A stretch of DNA of 41,154 bases from a virus. Its lineage: Duplodnaviria; Caudoviricetes. The position numbers were made by a program, and so were the translations under genes. The notes beneath the pieces are model-generated. The model did not search any database. It was not told where the DNA came from and worked only from the letters and a program-made list of their open reading frames with translations. The DNA is taken from positions 1 through 41,154 of IMG/VR virus record IMGVR_UViG_3300014656_006067; one strand, given 5' to 3'. Shown here in pieces: positions 25,070 through 34,053 of this stretch; position 1 is the stretch's first letter; each line of letters starts with the position of its first letter.

Positions 25070-26176
25070 CTACGCCGCAGCGGCGTTGGGGTCCTTGCAG
25101 TAGGAATCGATGGCGATGGAACCGAAGTCGACGCCGTTCTCACCGTTCTCGTCCACGTAGGTGGAGCGCTTGGTGCCGAAGATGGAGCCGGCCGAGATGC
25201 CCAGGGAGTTACCCATGTCGAACAGCTTCTCGTTCCAATCCATCTTGCTGGGGCCACCGGCCTTGCCCCAGGCGATGATGCCAGCGTGGGCGCCCAGGAA
25301 CAGGCTGCGGGAAGCGGGCAGGTTGGCGGTGGAACCGTAGTCGTCGAAGCGAACCACGTTGCGGCTCTTGTGCAGGATCACGTCGGCGTATTCGCCCAGC
25401 GCGTTGGAGTAGACCTTGTTCTTTTTGCCGCGGTCACCAGCTTCCTTCTGGATCTGCAGCCAGTCGTTTTCGCTGGTGCTGGTGCGCAGGTTGAAAGCGT
25501 CAAAGGTGTGCATGAGCAGCACAAACTTCTTCTCGCCGTTGATCAGGATGGGACGAATCATGGGGTCCATGGTCTCGGCCATGGCCAGACCGCGTTCAAC
25601 CATGCTCAGGCTCATCTTGTCGCTGGAGTCCAGGTCGTCGCTGCTGGTGGCGTCGCCCGAGTAGATCAGGTTGTCCGGGGTACTCAGGGCGTTCCCGGCA
25701 AAGCCAGTGAAAGCCAAGGAGGCCTTGAAGGAGGTGTCCACGCCGCGGGCACCGGCCAAGTACATCATGATCAGTTCGTCGTAGACCTCGGCCCACCAGA
25801 TCTTGAGGGCATCGCGGCCCTTGATCCGGACGTTGTGGGGCACGCGCTGCTCGGACATCTTGCCCTTGGACTGCGTACCTTTGCGGAGTTGGTTGATGAG
25901 CACAGAGTCGTTGAAGAAGTCCAACGCTTCCATGTAGTCGGTGCCTTCCAGGGTGGTGTCGCCTTCAGCACCCCAACCATTGAGCTTGCGAACCAGGTCC
26001 ACGGTGATCTTGTCACCGGCGGCCTTGTTGAGCTCGGTCTGGACCTTGACGATGGCGTTCTCGTCCTGGCCCATGAACTTGTTGTAGAACATGGCCTTGG
26101 CGACTTCGCTCATCAACTCCTTGCCCCACACCTTGCGGGCGCTGGGGTGGTTGACTCCAAATTCCGTGTAACCCAT
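25070..26176 (-). CDS. Major capsid protein, N4-gp56/DUF4043 type
   Basis: 368 aa; AAGGAG RBS; ELNKAAGDKIT, LEG...EALDF, GKMSEQRVPHNVR, ALGEYADVILH and RSLFLGAHAG motifs. Confidence 0.9.
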   Translation of the reverse strand: MGYTEFGVNHPSARKVWGKELMSEVAKAMFYNKFMGQDENAIVKVQTELNKAAGDKITVDLVRKLNGWGAEGDTTLEGTDYMEALDFFNDSVLINQLRKGTQSKGKMSEQRVPHNVRIKGRDALKIWWAEVYDELIMMYLAGARGVDTSFKASLAFTGFAGNALSTPDNLIYSGDATSSDDLDSSDKMSLSMVERGLAMAETMDPMIRPILINGEKKFVLLMHTFDAFNLRTSTSENDWLQIQKEAGDRGKKNKVYSNALGEYADVILHKSRNVVRFDDYGSTANLPASRSLFLGAHAGIIAWGKAGGPSKMDWNEKLFDMGNSLGISAGSIFGTKRSTYVDENGENGVDFGSIAIDSYCKDPNAAAA

Positions 26177-26214
26177 GGCTATTACTCCTTTAGCCGGTCA
26201 AGGCTCAGTAGGGG

Positions 26215-27432
26215 CTAGGCGATCCCGAGGTACTTATCCTTCTGGGCCCGCGTCAGCCTGTCCCACTGCTCGTCCGTCATGTCCTCAACGTTCTTGAGGT
26301 CTTCCGGAACATCAGAAGCGCCCGGGGCTGAACCCAGGCCGCGGAACCGATCCTCATCCGGCCGGTCGTTCGTTTTCTTGAGAGCTTCGGCCACAGCATC
26401 AGCCACGGCCTTGTCCATGTCCGTTTGGGTGAATTTGCCCTCACCCTCGGCTTTGAGGTTCTTGAGCGTGGAGAGCATCTTCACGACGCTGACAGCGCCA
26501 GCGCCCAGGTATTTCCTGGACTCCTTGCCGTTCCCGTCGAGGATGGTGATGATGGCCCTGGGGTCCGTGAGAACCGCGACTTCCGTGGGGTCAATCCCCG
26601 CGGTCTTGGCAGTCTCAAGCAGGTCCGGCCCAACCGGGCTGTTCTCGTCGAACAACCCGGGTGCGACCGCTTCCATCTCGTCCAAACAGGTGTCGATGAA
26701 GGCGTTGGTTTTGGCCTGTCTGGCCTCGGATTCGCGCTGCTGTTGGGCTGCCCTGACCTTGTGCATCTCAATCTTGCTGGAGATGTTGTAGGCCATGGCC
26801 CGAACGCTGGGGTCTTTGGGACCGAGCTCACTGATAGCTTCGCGCAGATCAGCGCCCTCTCGGATGTCCATTTGCACGACCCCGGCCAGCTCCGGGAAGT
26901 CATGGACAAATACGTCCACGTCCTCACGAATATCCTCGGGGATTGAGACCTTTCTCGGGGTTTGAGTCGGCTCTTGCCGGGGCTGCACAGAAGGCGCAAC
27001 CTCGCGCTCTGCCAATGAGGCCTCAAGCTGCTCCACTCGCGCGGCAAGCTCTTTGCGCTTGTTCCGCTCTTCATGGAGGGCCGCCTGTGGAACGTACCCT
27101 TCAGGTGGCTTCGTTCCATCTGGCGCCTTCTCGCCGGGCTTTTTCTCTGCCTTTTCCTCGCCGTCCTTCTTTTTCAGATCCTGCCCGGCTTCGCCTTCCG
27201 GAGGGGACGGCTCCGCTTCTTCCTGCGTCCCTGGCTTGTCCTTGGCGTCATCGACGGTTTCCTGCTGGCTTCCGTCATCGTCCATGGCCCAAGAGATATC
27301 GTCGCCACTGTCCTCGCTTTCCGAGTCGATGGTGGCGTCAGTCTCCTGCTCCTGGACGGTGGTATCCACGGCCTCCTGGCCGCCGCCTGCGTCTGCCTGT
27401 GTCGCTTCGATCTTCTGTTCTTCCACGCTCAT
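26215..27432 (-). CDS. Capsid scaffolding protein
   Basis: 405 aa; acidic disordered N-terminus, VPQAALHEERNKRKEL coiled coil, C-terminal MTDEQWDRL helix; lies between portal and capsid genes. Confidence 0.8.
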   Translation of the reverse strand: MSVEEQKIEATQADAGGGQEAVDTTVQEQETDATIDSESEDSGDDISWAMDDDGSQQETVDDAKDKPGTQEEAEPSPPEGEAGQDLKKKDGEEKAEKKPGEKAPDGTKPPEGYVPQAALHEERNKRKELAARVEQLEASLAEREVAPSVQPRQEPTQTPRKVSIPEDIREDVDVFVHDFPELAGVVQMDIREGADLREAISELGPKDPSVRAMAYNISSKIEMHKVRAAQQQRESEARQAKTNAFIDTCLDEMEAVAPGLFDENSPVGPDLLETAKTAGIDPTEVAVLTDPRAIITILDGNGKESRKYLGAGAVSVVKMLSTLKNLKAEGEGKFTQTDMDKAVADAVAEALKKTNDRPDEDRFRGLGSAPGASDVPEDLKNVEDMTDEQWDRLTRAQKDKYLGIA

Positions 27433-27536
27433 GTCTGGTCTCCTTTTTCGTCCTTGACCTGGACGAGTCCCCGGTGGATTACGGCTCCGGGGGTGCCGTA
27501 GTTATTTGCTCGGCGGTGTCGCCCGCCGATGGCGTC

Positions 27537-27592
27537 AAAACAAAAGCCCCGCCAGACGCAGAGGATTCAATCCTTTTGCGTCCGACGGGGCT
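27537..27592 (-). terminator. Long terminator/attenuator-like hairpin upstream of the scaffold gene
   Basis: Minus strand AGCCCCGTCGGACGCA...TGCGTCTGGCGGGGCT (G-U pairs form only on this strand) followed by TTTGTTTT. Confidence 0.65.
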
Positions 27593-27664
27593 GGTGCGCG
27601 GTCGGTGTCATCCTGTGACGGGGCTCTCTGGCGCAGTCACGGATGTCGTTCTTTTTTTCCTGGG

Positions 27665-27775
27665 TTAGGGGTTGACCTCTTCCCCTTTATCAATTTTCTC
27701 CAACAAACTGAGCAGCATCTTCAAGCTGCGGATCAGCGCCTTGATCATCAGGCTGACTCTCGGATCACGGCTCAT
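27665..27775 (-). CDS. 36-aa amphipathic peptide MSRDPRVSLMIKALIRSLKMLLSLLEKIDKGEEVNP (not in the ORF track)
   Basis: Translated by hand; ATGA overlap with the upstream stop; GAGG RBS. Confidence 0.6.
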   Translation of the reverse strand: MSRDPRVSLMIKALIRSLKMLLSLLEKIDKGEEVNP

Positions 27776-27954
27776 ACTCGCGCCTCGTGCGGTTTGTCCC
27801 ACTGGATACGGTCGAAGCCGTTGCGAAAATTCTCACGTTCCTGCCCTGTTTCACTTTTCCAGAAGCGGAAGTTGCGTCCGTCTGGCACAGGGCGATATCC
27901 CTTGAAGTGCTGCTCCGCCTTCTTCTCAAAGGCTGCCTCCTCAGCTCTGGTCAC
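27772..27954 (-). CDS. Hypothetical 60-aa protein
   Basis: Start reassigned to GTG 27954, overlapping the portal TGA and preceded by GGAGGAGG. Confidence 0.65.
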   Translation of the reverse strand: MTRAEEAAFEKKAEQHFKGYRPVPDGRNFRFWKSETGQERENFRNGFDRIQWDKPHEARV

Positions 27955-30092
27955 AAGTACATCCTCCTCCAGTCCCGATCCTCGCTCACTTCGGCCGGGG
28001 GCGTCATGGATTGGGGTGTGGGCTGGGGCTGACATTTGGACCCAACCTCCGCGCCTGTTTTAAATGCCGCAACCTTAGCCGTCTCGCGCCTGGTGTCGGC
28101 GTCCGTGGCCTTTGCCCCGGCCTCGACGGGCTTGGCCGCAGCGTCGGACTTGTTCTTCTCGGCCCTGGAGATGATCTCTGCAATCTCGGCCTGGAGCTTT
28201 GCAACATCCAGGGCGCGCATGGCATGTTCGTGAGTGTCTATGTCCTGGGCCTTGGCCTGTTGCTGCTGGATCTCTGCCATGGCTTTGGCTTTGATTTCCT
28301 CGGGGCTCATATCCTGAGCGTCCGGAGCCTCGCCAAACATTGGCCGGATCTTGGCCATGATGGCGTCCTTGTTGGGCAGGTTGGAAATTTCGAACCACAG
28401 GAGCATGAGCTGCGGGATGACCTCGGGCGGGCTCTTCTTGATAGTCTCCATGAGCAGGTTCGCGTTCTGCTCCCGAATGGTGTCCGTCCTGGGGGCATCG
28501 CTGACCACGACGTCGTACTTGCCCTGGGTGACGTTGTTGCGAACCTCAAATACCCCTTCACCGACCTTGATTTTCTCGTTCAAGGTTACAAACCTATCTG
28601 CCTTGGTCAGGCTGTCGGTGATACGCAGGACCTTCTCGTAGGTCCATGTGCCCTGCACCTCCGACACTGCAAGTTCTCCCAGGCGATGACATGCCCGGCG
28701 GTAGTTGTCGAAGAGGCTGGCCGTCAGAGTTTCAGAGCGCCGCACCCTGCTGTCCATGGCGGCCCCGCTCATGGCGCGACTTTCCTGGCCCAGGCGTTCG
28801 TCGTTGGCGCCTGAAATCTGCTGGATCTCGGCGGAACTGACCTGCATGATTTTGAACTGCCCCTCGGACAGCCCCATCTGCTCATCCATCTCAAACCGCT
28901 TCCCCCCATCTTTCAACACGATCATGCCATCGAGTTTGTTAGCCTCCTCGTATGCGGCCTGGGTGTCCTCCACCGCTTCCTTGTCAACGATGATTCTGCG
29001 CTTCTGTAGGTGGGCCAGCATCATGGAGCGGCGGCGGTTGACCTCTTCCTGCTGTCCGCGAACCTGGCGCGGCATACCGTAGGGGAACCCGAGACGATCC
29101 ACATAGCCCACGAAGGGAACGAATGGGTATTGATCGTGGGGGCATGGACTCGGCACGTCCTGGAGCACGGTGTCACCCAGGAAGGTGCACACACGCAACT
29201 TACGGACAACGGCCCGCGGAAGGCGCTGGGCGGCCTTCACGGCCTGTATGATTTCCAGGGGATTACCTTTCTTCAGGTCGAGTTCCATAACCCTGCCGTC
29301 AGCAAACACAGCAAATGTGGCTGGTTCGTACACCACGTACCACATTTCCACAGGGCGAACCCTTTTGCGGTCCGACTGCACCCAATAGGTGGAGCTCATG
29401 CGCCTTTCATCCTCAACCTCTGTGGCCTCATCCTCGGAGAAGTCCGTCAACGCCCCTGCGCTGTCACTGCTCATCGCCTCATATCGGTTGTCGATCTCAG
29501 CAGCCTTGTCTGGGAACAGAGCCTTCAGGCTGTCCAGGTCCATCCACTTGTGCTCGAATACGTATCGGCACGTCCTTGTATCCAGGAAGGGCGAGCCGAA
29601 CGGATCCCAGAAGATGTTCTTCCAGTCCCTGTACTCAATGCGGACGGGTTCACGTCGAGGGTCGTCCCAACTCGTGCCCAGGAAGCAGCACCCCCAGCCA
29701 GGCCCAACCTGGTCGGCAAACGCCTCACTCAGGATGTAGTCGCCCTCGTTCTGGTGCATGAGGAACTTTAGAGCCTCGGTCATGATCTCTGAAAGCTCTG
29801 AATCCTTTTGGGTGGCGCCCTTAGCCGTGATGTTCACCCGGTTGATGATCTGATGCCCGCGCAGCAAATTGACGATGGGAAATATGTGATTGACCGTGAT
29901 AGGCATGACACCTGCGTCCTGGGCGGTACGCCAATCGGTGTCGCTCCACTGGTCTCCGTCTACCAGCTTGGCATCGGTCCAACGCTCCGCACGCTCGTCT
30001 TCGCTCGCCGCGTGGGCCTCATAGACCCAGTGCTGCAAGCGCTTAATATCCGGACGCTTGAACGGAGGTGTGACGGGCTTTGCGGTGGTCAT
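27951..30092 (-). CDS. Portal protein (P22-like)
   Basis: 713 aa; GDQW, ITVNHIFPIVN, IFWDP, YPFVPF, YGMPRQVRGQQEEVNRRRS, SGAAM and GKYDVVV motifs. Confidence 0.92.
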   Translation of the reverse strand: MTTAKPVTPPFKRPDIKRLQHWVYEAHAASEDERAERWTDAKLVDGDQWSDTDWRTAQDAGVMPITVNHIFPIVNLLRGHQIINRVNITAKGATQKDSELSEIMTEALKFLMHQNEGDYILSEAFADQVGPGWGCCFLGTSWDDPRREPVRIEYRDWKNIFWDPFGSPFLDTRTCRYVFEHKWMDLDSLKALFPDKAAEIDNRYEAMSSDSAGALTDFSEDEATEVEDERRMSSTYWVQSDRKRVRPVEMWYVVYEPATFAVFADGRVMELDLKKGNPLEIIQAVKAAQRLPRAVVRKLRVCTFLGDTVLQDVPSPCPHDQYPFVPFVGYVDRLGFPYGMPRQVRGQQEEVNRRRSMMLAHLQKRRIIVDKEAVEDTQAAYEEANKLDGMIVLKDGGKRFEMDEQMGLSEGQFKIMQVSSAEIQQISGANDERLGQESRAMSGAAMDSRVRRSETLTASLFDNYRRACHRLGELAVSEVQGTWTYEKVLRITDSLTKADRFVTLNEKIKVGEGVFEVRNNVTQGKYDVVVSDAPRTDTIREQNANLLMETIKKSPPEVIPQLMLLWFEISNLPNKDAIMAKIRPMFGEAPDAQDMSPEEIKAKAMAEIQQQQAKAQDIDTHEHAMRALDVAKLQAEIAEIISRAEKNKSDAAAKPVEAGAKATDADTRRETAKVAAFKTGAEVGSKCQPQPTPQSMTPPAEVSEDRDWRRMYL

Positions 30093-31612
30093 CGTCTCCC
30101 CTTGGGCATGAAGGTTCTTACTGGTCGGGCAGTTTGCCCGGTGCCAACACGCACCGGAGCCGCAAAGGTCAGGGCCAGGGCGTCCCCGGCGTCAGGTGAG
30201 CGCACCCCGCGGGCCCGCATTTCTTTCTTGGATTCCAATACCAACCTGTTGGAACTGTCGTAGGTGAATTGCGGGCCAACCAGATCGGCATGCAGGGCGT
30301 TGTCATCCGGGATGTCGTGGGGCAACGTCTCGTCATTCAACCAGTCCTTCATCTCGCCCCACATCTCTGCACGCTTATTCTTGTAGCGTTCCTCACGCAG
30401 GGCGCTACTGCCGAAGTTTACCGCCGTGAAACGGTCCCCGAACCCCATTTCGGTAAGCCTGTCAACGATCCCTGCGCCGATACCTCCAACATCGATGAAC
30501 ATTCTGTCCACGCGCGGGGCATCGGCCTCCAAAACACGCCGACACAGGCCGGCTACTTCCATGGTGTTTTTGCCACTATAGGTTTTCAGGCCGAAAGCCT
30601 TGCGTCCCTGACGAAAGATGAACGCCGTGCGGTCAGCTCCTTCTTCGGACCATGCCGGATCAACACCGCAGACAACAGGCCCGCTTGGCTGAACATCAGC
30701 TTTGCGCGCTCTGAGCACGATAGAGGCAGTAATAAACGATACCTGCCCAGTGACCTGGAACGCCTCCTCGGCGGTCATGGGGTATTCCTGCTTGAACAGG
30801 AACGGGTCTTTTATGTCGATGATCTTTTTGCGCCGCCAGACTATCTGCTCGATGGTTAGGTCGAACAGGTACATCAGTTCCTGCTCTTCCGGATCAAGGT
30901 GGAAGTCTTCAGGCACTGTCAGCCGGTATTCAGGTTGCCAGAACCAGGGGATGAATATGGCCTCGTAGTCGCTGATCCCGGCTTCAGCCTCCTGCCAGCC
31001 CACATGGAAGAAGTTGCCCATGCCGTTGGCCGTGCTCTCCAGGATCACCTCGGTGCCCTCGGCGTCGAGAATAGTCTGCATGGCGCCGGATGCGATGTCG
31101 GCGGCATGCTTCCAGAACGCCACCTCGGACCCATGGAACAACTGAATGGTGTCTGAGCGACCTCCGGCCTTGGACCCGGCAGTCTGCAGCGCGTACCCCG
31201 AGTCCAGAGCCCCAAAAACCAACTCCTTCTTGGAACTGTAGCGCGTGCTCGGGCGCACCGCAGACGGGCAGTGGTCATAAAAACGGTTCACGATGGCAAA
31301 CAGGTTGTCGGTGGCATCAGTGTCATGGGCCAGGATCATGGTCTTGCAACCCTTACGGTGTGTGGTCTGATGGAAGAACCGACTCCCAACGTAAGTGGAA
31401 CAACCCTGTTGCCGCCCTTTGAGTACGTAAGCACGCACGAGCCCGCGCACCTTGCGCTGCTCCTCCAGGCGGGCGTGAAGATGCCGCTGGGCCCGGTTGA
31501 AAACGAACGGCAGAATCCGCCCCGACTTGGTGCGGATCTTCAAGCACTTTCTGGCGTAGTGGCCCAGGTCGTCCTTCAGGTGCTGCCTGATGATGCGTTC
31601 GCGTTCATCCAT
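30089..31612 (-). CDS. terL: Terminase large subunit
   Basis: PFVFNRAQ, Walker A VLKGRQQGCST, Walker B FHGSE, ILESTANG; nuclease motifs GVDPA and SPDAGDALAL. Confidence 0.95.
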   Translation of the reverse strand: MDERERIIRQHLKDDLGHYARKCLKIRTKSGRILPFVFNRAQRHLHARLEEQRKVRGLVRAYVLKGRQQGCSTYVGSRFFHQTTHRKGCKTMILAHDTDATDNLFAIVNRFYDHCPSAVRPSTRYSSKKELVFGALDSGYALQTAGSKAGGRSDTIQLFHGSEVAFWKHAADIASGAMQTILDAEGTEVILESTANGMGNFFHVGWQEAEAGISDYEAIFIPWFWQPEYRLTVPEDFHLDPEEQELMYLFDLTIEQIVWRRKKIIDIKDPFLFKQEYPMTAEEAFQVTGQVSFITASIVLRARKADVQPSGPVVCGVDPAWSEEGADRTAFIFRQGRKAFGLKTYSGKNTMEVAGLCRRVLEADAPRVDRMFIDVGGIGAGIVDRLTEMGFGDRFTAVNFGSSALREERYKNKRAEMWGEMKDWLNDETLPHDIPDDNALHADLVGPQFTYDSSNRLVLESKKEMRARGVRSPDAGDALALTFAAPVRVGTGQTARPVRTFMPKGRR

Positions 31613-31615
31613 GGC

Positions 31616-31990
31616 CTATTCCAGATCCTCCAGGGCCTTCTCGTGCTCGTTCATGGTCACATCCAACCGCTCCGCCGGGTAATGCCCACAGAGCTTGTGT
31701 GCATCCATGCGGGCCTTCTGCTGGGTGTTCCAACTGCGCATGTCGATGGCCAGGACGGTGGCCACCACGATCTTGCCACGCACGATCTTGCTGAGGACGG
31801 TAACGCCACGCTTGGTGCGCCCGTCCACGTTGCCATCGACCTTGACGATCTTGGTCTCCTTGGCCTGCAGCTCGTCAGCCAACTGCTTGGCCAGGAACTC
31901 CGCGGTGACCCCGTGCGCTTCGAGGGCCAGTTCCATCGGGTGCCTCCCGACTCTGGCGTCAATCTCTTCGCGGGTGGGGCTTGCGCTCAT
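31616..31990 (-). CDS. Putative terminase small subunit (124 aa)
   Basis: Directly upstream of terL; helical core and C-terminal GHYPAERLDV; start reassigned to ATG 31990 (GAGG RBS, TGATG overlap). Confidence 0.55.
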   Translation of the reverse strand: MSASPTREEIDARVGRHPMELALEAHGVTAEFLAKQLADELQAKETKIVKVDGNVDGRTKRGVTVLSKIVRGKIVVATVLAIDMRSWNTQQKARMDAHKLCGHYPAERLDVTMNEHEKALEDLE

Positions 31991-32151
31991 CAATACGGCC
32001 TCATCGTTTCGGGGTACTCGCCGCTCGGGTTTAAGTCGGCCTCCGTTACCCTTGGTCCTTCGACGGTGTTCAAATATGGGTGGCTCACTCCGCAAATATT
32101 GAGGATGTCCATGGCGAGGATGTAGGCGATAAATTCATTGATAGCGCTCAT
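31990..32151 (-). CDS. 53-aa hypothetical protein MSAINEFIAYILAMDILNICG...ETMRPY (not in the ORF track)
   Basis: Translated by hand; ATGA overlap upstream and TGATG overlap downstream fill the gap exactly. Confidence 0.65.
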   Translation of the reverse strand: MSAINEFIAYILAMDILNICGVSHPYLNTVEGPRVTEADLNPSGEYPETMRPY

Positions 32152-32420
32152 CCCTTCGCCTCCAGCCGTGAAATTCTGCCCTCGTGGGCGTCAACCTTGT
32201 CATCGAGCTTCCTGTGGGCCTCCCAGGTGGCGAAGCCTTTGGCGTTGGCCAACTGGCAGGCGTGTTGGCTCTGCTCGAAACAGTCCATGCGCCTCTCAAC
32301 GCGCTTCAAGGTTGCATCGCTTGCCCCAAAGGCCCTCCGCATGAAAAACAGAATGACCCCGCCTGTGAGCATTGGTGAACCAACGGCTGCAGCAATGAGG
32401 GTAACTTCTGCGGGGGTCAT
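32148..32420 (-). CDS. Single-TM plus coiled-coil protein (holin/antiholin-like)
   Basis: 90 aa; N-terminal TM segment and C-terminal HEGRISRLE coiled coil. Confidence 0.6.
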   Translation of the reverse strand: MTPAEVTLIAAAVGSPMLTGGVILFFMRRAFGASDATLKRVERRMDCFEQSQHACQLANAKGFATWEAHRKLDDKVDAHEGRISRLEAKG

Positions 32421-33067
32421 CGCCCTTTCCCTCCGAGCGTGGACATGATCCCGGAGAGCGCGGCCTTGGCCCCGGAGAGGTCCAGGCCGCCGCTGGCTAT
32501 CCCGGCGGTCAGCTCCTTATCCTTGCTGCGCTTGTGGACAGCCACTCCCAGCACGGCCATGGCCATCAGCCAAATACCCGTCAGGCTGTAGTTGAGGGCC
32601 GCCAGGTCGGGGATCTTGCTTTGGACTGAATCGTGGGGGTCAAGCAGCGTCATGCCAAGAATCAGCATGTTTCCGAAAATCTGAACGCCGAAGGCAGCTC
32701 CCGACACCCAGCCCCAAAATGGCCGCCAACCTGACTTCCAGATGGCCAGGAAGAACTCCCATCCGTTCTTGGCGTTCTCCCCGAGGCGCAGTTCCGCCAG
32801 GACGGTCTGGTTGACGATCTGCAGGCGCTTGGTGTCTTCCTCAAGCTCGCGCATGGCCAGGTCAAGGACCTGGGCGTTGAACTCAAGCAGGGCCTTCGGG
32901 TCCTTGGCCAGGGCCTCAGCCGCCGCGTCCTGGTCGTTGTGCCCGGTCAGGCTCGTGGCGATACTGGCCACGCCTTCGCCGATGGCTGCCCCACGGTCCC
33001 CGGCAAACAACCGGCCCAGGGCAGGAGCGGCGGCTGAGGCCAGTGCTGCGAGTGCTGTGCCTATCAT
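32417..33067 (-). CDS. Holin-like protein (3TM/GTA-holin type)
   Basis: ALAKDPKALLEF helix, WRPFWGW motif, two TM segments ending LGVAVHKRSKDK. Confidence 0.75.
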   Translation of the reverse strand: MIGTALAALASAAAPALGRLFAGDRGAAIGEGVASIATSLTGHNDQDAAAEALAKDPKALLEFNAQVLDLAMRELEEDTKRLQIVNQTVLAELRLGENAKNGWEFFLAIWKSGWRPFWGWVSGAAFGVQIFGNMLILGMTLLDPHDSVQSKIPDLAALNYSLTGIWLMAMAVLGVAVHKRSKDKELTAGIASGGLDLSGAKAALSGIMSTLGGKGR

Positions 33068-33079
33068 CTCAGCCCCCTT

Positions 33080-33484
33080 TTACCCTTGCGGCCCGGGCAT
33101 CTCTGCCACGAACGCCATCATGACCAGGAAACAGACGACCACGCCAATCAAAGCGCCCCAACCAGCAGCAGCCCAGCCCCAAGCGGCGCCGAGCCCGCAG
33201 CCGACCAGGGCAAACACCGCTAAAGCCAGCAAAAGGATGGGGATGCGGACCAGGGTAACGGCAGCGTACACGGCGGCCCCGCAGAACGATTTCGCAAACT
33301 TGATCAGCGTCTTCATGGCTTCCCTGCCTCCTCGCGTGGCCCTGGAGTACAAGACCTTGCGCGTAAAACTGTCCCAGCGCCTTGATATCCTTGTGGCGGC
33401 CTCCTGTCCGACTCCGCAGTCCCTGAGCCTGCAGTAGATGTGCAGGCCGTTGAGATGATGCTGGAGAAACGCCGCCACGCGCAT
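33080..33484 (-). CDS. Membrane protein, first gene of the late operon; possible second in-frame start at 33316
   Basis: Soluble N-terminal part QHHLNGLHIYCRLRDCG, then a very hydrophobic 78-aa part with its own AGGAGG RBS. Confidence 0.55.
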   Translation of the reverse strand: MRVAAFLQHHLNGLHIYCRLRDCGVGQEAATRISRRWDSFTRKVLYSRATRGGREAMKTLIKFAKSFCGAAVYAAVTLVRIPILLLALAVFALVGCGLGAAWGWAAAGWGALIGVVVCFLVMMAFVAEMPGPQG

Positions 33485-33915
33485 AGTTGAACCCCGTAAA
33501 CAAAACGCCGGGCATGTTAATGCTGTTCTCTGACCTCTCTCGCGTGAATTATGGGGCCTGCCGTGCGCTCGTCCGGGGTCATCCACTTGTATCCCGCGGC
33601 TTATCCCGGCATTCCCGCGGCTCGGGGTACAGTCCCCTTGGAAAGGCGCCCTTTTATCCGTTCGCCCTGGACTCATGCGCCATGCCAGGGCTATCGGCGC
33701 TCGGGGTCCAAGCGCCACGCGGATTCGGTCAAAGAGCGTTCCCCGATGCCGGGGATGGGGCTGGGCGGCCAGGTCTGACCAGAGGGGCAGAGGGAAGGAT
33801 GGGAAGGTTCCGCCGCCAGGGTTGACGTGGGCCGCCACAGCCTACGTCAGGTATTCCAGGCTCTTAGGCCCGGTAGCGTGTGAGCGGGAAGGATCGCCCA
33901 CGGTGCTCAGACTCG
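33485..33915 (-). ncRNA. Putative structured late-operon leader RNA
   Basis: No convincing CDS; hairpins at 33664-33691 and 33696-33716 closed by 33656-33660/33720-33724, plus 33740-33755 and 33823-33849. Confidence 0.35.
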
Positions 33916-33994
33916 GCCATAGACATAGATGCGAGGTGCCGTCAAAATGCACCGTGAGGACTGCAAACGGCGCTGCACGGTGGGGACTGCAAAC
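33916..33994 (-). promoter_or_regulatory. Putative late promoter with two upstream 21-bp direct repeats (activator sites)
   Basis: TGCACCGTGAGGACTGCAAAC (33948-33968) and TGCACGGTGGGGACTGCAAAC (33974-33994); minus-strand TTGACG immediately downstream, with a weak -10. Confidence 0.55.
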
Positions 33995-34019
33995 AAGAGC
34001 GATGCAAATTGCAGGTGGA

Positions 34020-34053
34020 GAAAAAAAGAAAGCCCCCTGGAGATGGGGGCCTG
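34020..34053 (-). terminator. Rho-independent terminator ending the early/middle operon
   Basis: Minus strand GCCCCC-ATCTCCA-GGGGGC followed by TTTCTTTTTTT. Confidence 0.85.

Noticed and set aside
20152-26218. Long plus-strand ORFs opposite structural genes (20800-22479, 23117-24091, 25061-26218)
   Set aside because: In-register antisense frames of clearly real structural genes
33080-33316. Unimolecular spanin (LVGC lipobox-like sequence plus C-terminal TM)
   Set aside because: The Cys is at about residue 40 and almost no periplasmic domain separates it from the next TM segment
33948-33994. Mini CRISPR array
   Set aside because: Only two 21-bp copies separated by 5 bp; no spacers and no cas genes
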